The notes beneath the pieces were generated by a model. The model was not told the origin of the DNA, did not search any database, and worked only from the letters and a program-made list of their open reading frames with translations. A stretch of 64,000 bases of DNA, from assembly GCA_038087875.1 (NCBI GenBank), contig JAXLNO010002359.1, forward strand, positions 1-64,000, given 5' to 3'. Positions 1-10,383 of the stretch are shown here, piece after piece. Position 1 is the first letter of the stretch, and every line of letters starts with the position of its first letter. A program made the position numbers and the translations under genes. The DNA comes from Malacoraja senta. Taxonomy: Eukaryota.

Positions 1-190
1 CCCTTACTCCACCAAGCTGGCTACCTCCCAACACCCTTACTCCCCCAAGATGACTACCTTCCATTCCCCTTACTCCCCAAGCTGGCCTGGCTCCATTATC
101 CTTACTGCTCGAAGCTGGCTACCTCTCCATCCACCTTACTCCCCCAAGCTGGCTACCTCTCCCATCCACCTTACTCCCCCAAGCTGGCCT
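1..190. repeat. C-rich minisatellite, about 33-bp unit (CCTTACTCCCCCAAGCTGGCTACC...), truncated by the window start
   Basis: Five to six diverged copies of ccttactccccaagctggc are directly visible. Confidence 0.8.
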
Positions 191-404
191 GGCCCCCACC
201 GCGCAGTCATGGGCTGTGGGCCGGCAGCGGACACACACACACACACGAGGCCGGGTGGAGCAGGGCCGCGGCTCCGGGCAGCGGACACACGGGACCATAA
301 ACCCAGCAACATACCCGTCACCTGCAGCAGAGTTGGGGACAGTCTGGTCCCTCCACCCACCCAGAGTCACTGACCGAGCCGCACCGGCACCACGACCACC
401 CCTA

Positions 405-1078
405 CCAGGGTGATTCACCCCCCCCCCACCCGACCCACACACTGGAGTGATTCACCCCACCCCCCGACCGCCATATGGGGTGATTCAACCCCTACCCCGA
501 CCCCCACACGTGTGATTCACCCCGGACCCCCACAACATGGTGATTCACCCCCCCCTGACCCACACACTGGAGTGATTCACCCCCCCGACCCACACAATGG
601 GATGATTCAACCCCCCCCCCCGACCCCCACAATGGGGTGATTCAACCCTCCCCCCCGACCCACACAATGGGTTATTCAACCCCCCCCCGACCCCCACATG
701 GGGTGATTCACCCCCTCCCGACCCACACACTGGAGTGATTCAACCCCCCCCCCCCGACCCACACAATGGGGTGATTCACCGCCCCTCTCCGGCCCCCACA
801 TGGGCTGATTCACCCCCCTCCCGACCCACACATTGGGGTGATTCACCCGCCGACCCACACCATGGTGATTCACCACCCCCGGACCCCCACACGGGGTGAT
901 TCACCCCCCCGGACCCCCACAATGGGGTGATTCACCCCCCACCCCCCGGACTCCCACATGGGGTGATTCACCCCCCCCCCCCGGACCCCCACAATGGGGT
1001 GATTCACCCCCCACCCCCTGGACCCCCACAATGGGGTGATTCATCCCCCCGGACCCCCACAATGGGGTGATTCACCCG
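405..1078. repeat. Minisatellite, about 21 units of about 33 bp with a palindromic core GGGTGATTCACCC
   Basis: Repeated ggggtgattcacccccc...gacccacacaatg units. The overlapping Pro/His-rich ORFs are products of the repeat. Confidence 0.9.
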
Positions 1079-1920
1079 GGTGCCGAGCTGCCTGTCGCCC
1101 TGCTGCCGCCAAACACCAAACGATATTGCCAAGTGCAGGAACTATCTTTGAAGTAGTGGGGAGGTGTCCGACTGCCCTACGGCGACAAATATGCATGGAG
1201 GCGAGAATAATCTCTTATCATTTCTGGAGATGGTTGGCATTTTCTTTCATTATTGATAGTGCAACCTTAATTCTGAAGAATTCCAAAGAGCACAGTTGTC
1301 AAAGTTCGTCTCTTAAAGAAAGCAGACAGCAACAAAATTGTTAAAGGTAAACCAAAGCAATCTTTTAATCAATTTGCCAGAGGGGAGTGGCGAGATCTAC
1401 AAAGAGCACACACGTTGCTCAGTGCTTTTCGGGCTCCCCTCAAAGAACAAAGGAAAGTGTGTGTAATTAGACATTTTCTTATCAATAAAACACACCTAAA
1501 TCTGAGTGAAAGATCCGTAGCCTAAGGGAAACAAGGGAGGCTGGACCCATATATTTGTAATGTCAGCCTTATTCTGAAATCTTGGCACAGCTTCAGTACA
1601 GCTGCCCATTCCGGAAGGACATCTAACTCCATTTTGTTTTCAAATGACTTCCATCTTGGTTCCAGAATGGGCATCCGTCTGTGAACTAAAACAAGCTTGT
1701 AAGACTTGGATGAAAGCCACTACCTTGTCCTTAGCTGGGACAGGCAGTTCAGACACATATCTAATATTGTGTTGTGCCCAGACAATACATCTCTATGTTA
1801 ATACATTGTCAATACATTGTTTCAATGGTTAGTACAAAGCAAGCTTCTAAGATTTCCATAACTTTATTCTGCTGGGAAAATTATCTTTTAAATTTGACTG
1901 CTTTCTGTTTTTCAGCAAAT

Positions 1921-3815
1921 TTAAAAGCAACGGTGTACCAGCAGGCTGGATGTGCGGGCAAAGGCCTTGCCAGAGAGCGGGTAGGTGAAGGGGTGCTGGC
2001 CGGTGTGGACTCGCCGGTGCTCCAGCAGGTGGTCAAGGCGGGTGAAGCCCTTTCCACAGGACGGGCAGGGGAAGGGACGCTCGCCGCTGTCGGTACACCG
2101 GTGCTGCCACAGGCTGGACATGCGGGTGAAACCCTTGCCGCACTCAGCGCACACAAAGGGTCTCTCTCCGGTGTGTATCCGCTGGTGCTCCCGCAGCCCC
2201 CGTGCTCTCTTGTCACAGTGGGAGCAACTGCTCGCCGGCGTGGGTCCGCCGGTGCTGCCGCAGCCCCCGCGAGCTGTCAAACTGCTCACCGCAGTACGGG
2301 CAGTCGTAGGGCTGGCCACTGGTGTGCACGTGCTGGTGAAACAGGGGGTGGGAGGCCATGGTAAAGCGCTCTCCACACACCGGGCTGGGGACGGGACAGT
2401 CGCCGGCGTGCACCCGCTGGTGGGACAGCAGATTGGTGGAGCGGGTGAAGCCCTTGCCGCACTGGGTACAGGTGTAGGGGCGCTCACCAGTGTGGGTGCG
2501 CTGGTGCTTCAGCAGGTTGCCGGAGCGGGTGAAGCACTTGCCGCACTGGGTACAGGTGTAGGGGCGCTCGCCGGTGTGCGTGCGCTGGTGCTCCTGCAGG
2601 TGGCTGGAGCGGGTGAAGCCCTTGCCGCACTGGCTACAGGTGAAGGGGCGCTCGCCAGTGTGGGTGCGCTAGTGGGACATCAGGCTGCTGGAGTGGGTGA
2701 AGCCCTTGCCGCACTGGGCGCAGGTGTAGGGGCGCTCAGCGGTGTGGGTGCGCTGGTGGTACACCAGGTGACCGGACTGGGTGAAACCCTTGCCGCATTG
2801 GGCGCAGGTGTAGGGGCGCTCGCCGGTGTGGGTGCGCTGGTGCGCCTGCAGGTGGCTGGAGCGGGTGAAGCCTTTGCCGCACTGGGTACAGGTGTATGGG
2901 CGCTCGCCAGTGTGGGTGCGCTGGTGGGACATCAGGCTGCTGGAGTGGGTGAAGCCCTTGCCGCACTGGGTACAGGTGTAGGGGCGCTCGCCGGTGTGGG
3001 TGCGCTGGTGGTACAGCAGTGTTGCGGAGCGGGTGAAGCCCTTGCCGCACTGGGTACAGGTGTAGGGGCGCTCCCCGGTGTGGGTGCGCTGGTGCTCCTG
3101 CAGGTGGCTGGAGCGGGTGAAGCCCTTGCCGCACTGGGTACAGGTGAAGGGGCGCTCGCCAGTGTGGGTGCGCTAGTGGGACATCAGGCTGCTGGAGTGG
3201 GTGAAGCCCTTGCCGCACTGGGCGCAGGTGTAGGGGCGCTCGCCGGTGTGGGTGCGCTGGTGCGCCTGCAGGTGGCTGGAGCGGGTGAAGCCTTTGCCGC
3301 ACTGGGCGCAGGTGTAGGGGCGCTCGCTGGTGTGGGTGCGTTGGTGGGACAGCAGGTTGCCGGACTGGATGAAGCCCTTGCCGCAGTCGCTGCAGGTGTA
3401 GGGGCGTTCGCCAGTGTGGGAGCGTTGGTGCACCAGCAGCTTGCTGGAGGAGGTGAAGCCCTTGCCGCAGTCGCTGCAGGTGTAGCGTGGTACAGGTGTA
3501 GGCGTGTGCAGGCGCCTGTGCACCTTCAGATCCGGGGACGACTTGAAGCTCTTGCCGCACTCCGAGCAGTCGAAGGGGCGTTCTCCCGTGTGCACCTCCA
3601 GCTCGCTCGGGCGCTGACACGCCTTGCCACACACGTCGCACTCATAACGCTTCTCCTTGTTGTGCCCCCTCATGTGGTCCTCCATCGAAGCTCAGCCCCT
3701 CGAAGCTCAGCCCACACACCGAGCAGATGGGGGAAGGGTGCTCACCGGCACCCTGGCCACCTTCAATGGCCGCTCACGTCCCCGTCTCTCCGTCCACAGC
3801 AACGGCTCCTAAACC
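1921..3815 (-). pseudogene. C2H2 zinc-finger gene, single large coding exon (about 21 finger units with TGERP linkers, no KRAB), disrupted by two TAG stops and a frameshift
   Basis: ORFs 3173-3685, 2669-2932 and 2213-2413 share one frame and encode CxxCGKGF...[11 protein letters not shown] repeats. TAG replaces CAG at 3173-3175 and 2669-2671. The last fingers (GERPFVCAECGKGF..., GERPFPCPSCGKGF...) are in another frame (ORF 1921-2487). There is a splice acceptor cccctcctgcag|G at 3816 and an AATAAA on the minus strand at 1863-1868. Confidence 0.85.
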
Positions 3816-3915
3816 CTGCAGGAGGGGAACACAGAGAGTCAACAAGCTGGCAAACAGGACATTACTAGCACATATTGGGTGCATTTATGGCGGAGGAAAC
3901 CGTTATATAATTCTA

Positions 3916-4227
3916 CGCGGCACAGGGGCGCAGCGGTACAGTTGCTGCCTCACCGCCAGAGACCCGGGCTCGATCCTGACTACGGGTGCTGTCTGTGCAT
4001 AGTTTGCACATTCTCCCCTTGACCTACGTGGGTTTTTACTCCGGGTGCTTCGGTTTCCTCCAACATTTCAAAGACGTTCAGGGTTGTAGATTAATCGGCC
4101 TCCGCAAAATTGTTAAATTGTCCCTAATGTGCTAGTATAGCGCTAGTGTACGGGGTGATCGCTGGTCGGCGCAGAGTCCGTGGGCAGAAAGACCTGTTTC
4201 CGCGCTGCATCTCTAAACTAAACTAAA
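3916..4227 (+). mobile_element. HE1-like tRNA-derived SINE of sharks and rays
   Basis: A-box-like GGCGCAGCGGTA, B-box-like GGCTCGATCC, and a CR1/HER1-type 3' tail ...ctgtttccgcgctgcatctctaaactaaactaaa. A second copy lies at 27309-27617. Confidence 0.75.
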
Positions 4228-4297
4228 GAAGGGTCTCGACCCAAAATGTCACCCATTCCTTCTCTCCACAGATGCTGCCTGACCCGGTGAGTTACTC

Positions 4298-6386
4298 CAG
4301 CTCTCTCTCTCTGTCTCTCTCTCTCTTTTTCTGTCTCTTTCTCTCTTTCTCTTTGTCTGTCTCTCCCTCTCTCTGTCCCTCTCGTCTCTCTCTCTCTGTA
4401 ACTGTCTTTCTCCCTCTCTCTATCTCACTCTCTCTCTCTCTCTCTCGCTCTCTGTCTCTCTCTCTCTGTGTTTCTCTCTCTAACAGTCTCTCTCACTGTC
4501 TCTCTGTCGNNNNNNNNNNNNNNNNNNNNNNNNNNNNNNNNNNNNNNNNNNNNNNNNNNNNNNNNNNNNNNNNNNNNNNNNNNNNNNNNNNNNNNNNNNN
4601 NNNNNNNNNNNNNNNNNNNNNNNNNNNNNNNNNNNNNNNNNNNNNGTCTCTCTCTAACTCTCTGTCTCTCTCTGTGTGTCTCTTTCCCCTCTCTNNNNNN
4701 NNNNNNNNNNNNNNNNNNNNNNNNNNNNNNNNNNNNNNNNNNNNNNNNNNNNNNNNNNNNNNNNNNNNNNNNNNNNNNNNNNNNNNNNNNNNNNNNNNNN
4801 NNNNNNNNNNNNNNNNNNNNNNNNNNNNNNNNNNNNNNNNNNNNNNNNNNNNNNNNNNNNNNNNNNNNNNNNNNNNNNNNNNNNNNNNNNNNNNNNNNNN
4901 NNNNNNNNNNNNNNNNNNNNNNNNNNNNNNNNNNNNNNNNNNNNNNNNNNNNNNNTCTCAATTTTCAATTTCAATTAAAAAACTTTATTGGCATGATAGA
5001 AAAATACAGTTATATTGCCAAAGTTTAAAACATGACACATATTTCAAATGCATAAGTATAAATTCATGTATAGTGCATGGATATATATGTCGCTGAACAT
5101 AAACTCGCAATAGGCCTATAGCCCTTTATTGATTGCTACACGTTCTTGCAGCTGTAAGCAGTACAACAGAATAGCGAGTTTAGCATTTCAATATTAATAT
5201 CTTAGTGTCAGTTAATGTCAGTTAATGTGTGCGTACATATGTGCATATTGGTCATTCACCGTCTCTCAGGTTATGGCATGCTGTTACGTATTGTGCACCA
5301 AGATGTGCCGTACTTCCTTCACCAAGGATTATTCTTAGTTTTGATGTATCATCTAGTTCTTTAAAATCAGGTGTTGCCAGACTGAGTTTGTCAAAGTATG
5401 TTTTCCTTGTTTTGTCAATTTTTTTGCATTTAAGGAGGAAGTGCACCTCTGTATGAACCTCATCTGTCAAACAGTGGCCGCATATTCTGCTTTCTCTTGG
5501 TTGCCAGAATGTCTTCTGTTTTCCTTTTTCAACTTCCAAATAGTGGTCGCTTAACCTGTATTTGGTGAGGGTCCGTCTCTGCTTTATGTCTCTAACAGTT
5601 GAGAGATAGTCTGCCAATTTATAATCTCTTTTTAGGGCACGGTAACATTCTAATCTGCTTTGGTTTTGGTTTCTTTATCACAATGTTCCAAATATGTTTC
5701 TTTATATTGTTTGATAATTTGGTTCACTCTAACTGGTGATAGGGGCTCAGTATTGATCTGAGGCTGGTCAGGATTTAACTGGATAGAGTTTAACTGAACA
5801 GGGGTAGTTAGTTTAAGCCAGATTTTAATTGGGATTTGGATGTTGTAGAAACTTATTTTTATTGCATACAGAGCTCTTCGAGCTTTCTCTTTTAGTGCAT
5901 TCACTGCCATCTTGAAGCTCCCTGATGCTGCAACAGTTAGACCAAGGTAAGTATAGCTCATAGTGTGTTCGATAATAATACCATTGAGAGTAAATTTGTA
6001 TTTATCTTCCTGACATCTGGATCTTTTCTGAAAAATCATGATGTTGGTTTTCTTTAGATTTACTGCCGGGGCCCAATTTTGGCAGTACTCATCAAGTAGG
6101 TCCAACCGTTGCCGCAGTCCCTGTTCTGTGGGGGACAGCAGAACTAAGTCATCCGCATAAAACAGGGATTTTACCTCTCCGTCCAGAAGACAGAGGCCCG
6201 GTGCTGTGCTCTGGTCCAGCTTTACTGACAAATCGTTGATATATACATTATACATATATACAAACAGTATACATTAAACGTTGATATATACATTAAACAT
6301 TAAACACTCTCTCTCTTTCTGTCTCTCTATTCTTTCTCCCTCTCTCTCTTTCTCTGTCTCGCTCTGTCATTGTATATGTCTATCTC

Positions 6387-6422
<36 letters not shown>

Positions 6423-9032
6423 ACTCTCTCTCACTGTTTCTCTGTTTCTCTCATTCCCTCTCTCTCCGTCTCTCCCTCTGTCTCCCTCTCTCTCTGTGCT
6501 TCTCTCTCTCTCTCTCTCTTTCTGTCTATTTCTGTCTCTGTCTCTCTCTCTGTCTCTCTCTGTCACTCCCTCTCTCTCTGTCTCTCTACCTCAGTCTCTC
6601 CCTCTCACTCTCGCTCCCTCTCTCTCTCTGTCTGTCTGTCTCTCTCTTTGTCTCTCCCTATCTGTCTCCCTCTCTTTCTCTCTGTCTTTCTCTCTCCTCA
6701 CCCTGCCTCTCTCTCTGCCCTCTCTCTGTCTCTCACTCTCTCTCTCTCAGTCTCTCGCTCCCCTTTTCTCTGTCTCTCACCCTCTCTCTCTCAGTGTCTC
6801 TCTCTCTGTCTANNNNNNNNNNNNNNNNNNNNNNNNNNNNNNNNNNNNNNNNNNNNNNNNNNNNNNNNNNNNNNNNNNNNNNNNNNNNNNNNNNNNNNNN
6901 NNNNNNNNNNNNNNNNNNNNNNNNNNNNNNNNNNNNNNNNNNNNNTCCATCTCTCTCTGTCTCATTCTCTCTCCGTTTCTCTCTCTCTATGCCTGTCTCT
7001 CTCTCTTTCTCCTTCTCTCTGTGTGTGTCTCTCTCTATTTTTGGCTCTGTCTGGCTCTCCCTCTCTGTCTTTCTTTCTCTCTTTCTCTGCCTCTCTGTCT
7101 ATCTCTCTCTGCCCCTCTCTGTCTCTCTCTCTTTCTCTCTGTCTCTGTCCCTCTCTCTGACTCCCTCTCATTCTCCCTCTTTCTCCCTCTTCTCTTTCTT
7201 TCTCGCTCTCTCTGTTCATCTCTCTGTCTCTGTCTCTCCTTCTGTGTGTGTGTCTCTCTCACTATGTCTCTTTCTCCCTCTCTTTCTGCCTCTGTCTCTC
7301 TCTCTCACACTCTCTCTCTCTGTGTGTCACACCCCCTATCACCCCATCTCTCCCTCTCTCTCTGTTTGTCACTCTCTGTCTCTCCGTGTCTCTCTATCTC
7401 TGTCTCTCTCTATATCTCTCTCCCCTCTCTCTGTCTCTCACTCTCTCTCTCTCTGTGTCTCTCTATGTCTATATCTGTCCAAGTTCAAGTTCAAGTGAGT
7501 TTACTGTCATGTGTCCCTGATAGGNNNNNNNNNNNNNNNNNNNNNNNNNNNNNNNNNNNNNNNNNNNNNNNNNNNNNNNNNNNNNNNNNNNNNNNNNNNN
7601 NNNNNNNNNNNNNNNNNNNNNNNNNNNNNNNNNNNNNNNNNNNNNNNNNNNNNNNNNNNNNNNNNNNNNNNNNNNNNNNNNNNNNNNNNNNNNNNNNNNN
7701 NNNNNNNNNNNNNNNNNNNNNNNTCTCTCACTGTTTCTCGCTCTGGTTCTCTGTATCTCTCTCTCTGTCTCTCTCTCTCTCACACCTCTCTCTCTCCCTC
7801 TGTCTCTCTCACTCCCTCTGTCTCTCTATCCCCCTTCTGTCTCTTTCTGCCTCTCTATCAGTCTCACTCCATCTATCACCGACTGTCTCTCTCTGTCTCT
7901 CTCTCTCTCTGTCTCCCTGTCTCCCTCTCCATCTCTGTCTCACTCTCCGTTTCTCTCTCTCTTTCTATCCGTCTCTCTCTCTCTTTCTCCCACTCTCTCT
8001 CTGTCTCTCTGTCTCTCTATCTCTCTCCGTTTCTCTCTGTCTCTCTCTGCCTCTCTCTATCTCTCTCTCTCTGATTTTCTCTCTCTCTGTCTTTGTTTCT
8101 CTCTCTCTGTGCCTCTCTCTCTNNNNNNNNNNNNNNNNNNNNNNNNNNNNNNNNNNNNNNNNNNNNNNNNNNNNNNNNNNNNNNNNNNNNNNNNNNNNNN
8201 NNNNNNNNNNNNNNNNNNNNNNNNNNNNNNNNNNNNNNNNNNNNNNNNNNNNNNNNNNTCCCTCTCTGTCCCTCTCTCTCCATCTCTCTCTCTCTATCTT
8301 TCTGTCTTTCTCTCACTTTCTCTGCCTCACTCTCTCTCTCTGTCTCTCTATCTGCCTCTCATATTTCTCCATCCCTGTCTGTCTCTCTGTCTCTGTCTCT
8401 CGCTGTCTGTCTATCTCTCTCTATTTCTCTCTCTCTCTCTCTCTATCTCTGTATCTTTCTCTCTCCGTCTCCCTCTCCATTTCTCTGTCTCTGTCTCTCT
8501 CCGTCTCTCACTCACTGTCTCTCTCTCTCTCTGTCTCTCACTCCGTCTCTTTATCTGTCTTTCTCTCTCTCTCGCTCCGTCTCTCTCTGTATCACGCTGT
8601 CTCTGTCTCTCTCTATCTGTATCTCTCTCTTTGTCTATCTCTCTGTCTATCTCTCTCTCCATCTCCCCTGTCTCTATCTCTTAATCTCTCTCTCTCTCTC
8701 TGACNNNNNNNNNNNNNNNNNNNNNNNNNNNNNNNNNNNNNNNNNNNNNNNNNNNNNNNNNNNNNNNNNNNNNNNNNNNNNNNNNNNNNNNNNNNNNNNN
8801 NNNNNNNNNNNNNNNNNNNNNNNNNNNNNNNNNNNNNNNNNNNNNNNNNNNNNNNNNNNNNNNNNNNNNNNNNNNNNNNNNNNNNNNNNNNNNNNNNNNN
8901 NNNNNNNNNNNNNNNNNNNNNNNNNNNNNNNNNNNNNNNNNNNNNNNNNNNNNNNNNNNNNNNNNNNNNNNNNNNNNNNNNNNNNNNNNNNNNNNNNNNN
9001 NNNNNNNNNNNNNNNNNNNNNNNNNNNNNNNN
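4298..9032. repeat. CT-rich low-complexity/microsatellite block with several assembly gaps (interrupted by the LINE at 4956-6240)
   Basis: (CT)n/(CTGT)n-like sequence and N runs. The Ser/Leu and Arg/Glu ORFs here are artefacts. Confidence 0.95.
4956..6240 (-). mobile_element. 5'-truncated, internally deleted LINE (RT C-terminus plus CCHC-type C-terminal domain; RTE-X/L2-like)
   Basis: YINDL...LFYADDLVLL RT motif (ORF 5650-6255); LTKYRLSDH...RICGHC...EVHFLLKC (ORF 5252-5617); AATAAA plus an (AATTG)n-like tail at about 4956-4990. Confidence 0.75.
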
Positions 9033-10380
9033 GGAGCGAGAGGAACCCAGTCTGTAACGTTCCATCACACTTCCAAGGAAGTGGTCTGGTGGAAGCGGAC
9101 TAGAGGGAGCAGCTGATTGGGAGCAACCCCAGGTTTGCATTTCTGTTTTCTGGTTAAGGGTTTAGTGAGTTAACGGTACAGTGAGTTAAGGGTACAGTGA
9201 GTTAAGGGTACAGTGATTTAAGGGTACAGTGAGTTAAGGGTACAGTGAGTTAAGGGCACAGTGAGTTAAGGGTACAGTGAGTTAGGGGTACAGTGCTTTT
9301 TAGTAAAGGTACTGTTTAAAGGATTAAGATTTTTATAGTGTGAGGGAGTTGATTTAATTTGGGGTAAGCCATGTCAGTTGAGATCGGCCCCGTGGTTTGC
9401 TCATCCTGCAACATGTGGGAGATCAGGGATATGGTCGGTGTCCCTGGTGACTACGTTTGCAGGAAGTGTGTCCAGCTGCAGCTCCTGGCAGACCGCATTG
9501 AACGATTGGAGCTGCGGTTGGATTCATACTGGAGCATCCACGATGCTGAGAAAGTCGTGAATAGCACATACAGTGAGTTGGTCACACCGCAGGTAAAAGT
9601 TAAGCGGACAGAAAGGGAATGGGTGGCCATTAGCCAGTGTAGCAGTAGGCAGGTAGTGCAGGAGTCCCCTGCGGTCATCTCCCTCCTAAACATATATACC
9701 ATTTTGGATACTGTTGGGGGAGATGGCTCATCAGGGGAAGGCAGTAGCAGCCAAGTTCATGGCACCATGTGTGGCTCTGCGGCACAGGAGGGAGGAAATA
9801 GTGTGGAAGGGCTATAGTAATATGGGATTCAATTGTAAGGGGAATAGATAGGCGTTTCTGCGGCCGCAAACGAGACTCCAGGATGGTATGTTGCCTCCCT
9901 GGTGCAAGGGTCAGGGATGTCACTGAACGGCTGCAGAACGTTCTAGAGGGGGAGGGTGAACAGCCAGCTGTCGTGGTGCACATTGGCACCAACGATATAG
10001 GTAAAAAACAGCATGAGGTCCTAAAAGGTGAATTTAGGGAGCTAGGAGATAAACTTAAAAGTAGGACCTCAAAGGTAATAATCTCTGGATTACTACCAGT
10101 ACCACGGGCTAGTCAGAGTAGAAATAGGAGGATATTGCAGATGAATACGTGGCTTGAAAAATGGTGCAAGGGGGAGGGATTCAATTTCCTATGGCATTGG
10201 AACCAGTTCTGGGGGAGGTGAGACCAGTACAAACAGGACGGTCTGCACCTGGGCTGGAATGGAACCAATGTCCTTGGGGAGTGTTTGCTAGTGCTGTCGA
10301 GGAGGATTTAAACTAATGTGGCAGGGGGATGGGAGCATGAGCAGAGAGACAGAGGGGTGTAAAATGAGGGTAGACGCGAC
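9033..10380 (+). mobile_element. CR1-clade LINE 5' portion: 5'UTR and ORF1 (zinc finger/leucine zipper plus SGNH esterase), with stops
   Basis: VVCSSCNMW...DYVCRKCVQL (9371-9817); DSIVRG, CLPGARV, VVHIGTND and DGLHL esterase blocks (about 9825-10260). Confidence 0.85.
9167..9296 (+). repeat. 16-bp tandem repeat (GTGAGTTAAGGGTACA)n, about 8 units, in the CR1 5' region
   Basis: Directly visible units. Confidence 0.85.
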
Positions 10381-10383
10381 AGG

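Noticed and set aside
200-400. CpG-rich patch with a minus-strand donor-like ACGG|gtatgt, possibly the first exon of a gene left of the window
   Set aside because: No downstream exon is visible in the window, so it cannot be supported.
405-1078. Regularly spaced repeats that superficially resemble a CRISPR array (also 16520-16925 and 21300-21430)
   Set aside because: Eukaryotic context, no unique spacers and no cas genes; these are minisatellites.
1985-3868. 627-aa plus-strand ORF (Ala/Gly/Val-rich repeats) and the 301-aa minus-strand alternative-frame ORF at 2736-3641
   Set aside because: They are the antisense and frame shadows of the 84-bp zinc-finger repeats.
4272-9140. Long Ser/Leu and Arg/Glu ORFs, many running through X
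   Set aside because: They are translations of CT/GA low-complexity sequence and N gaps.
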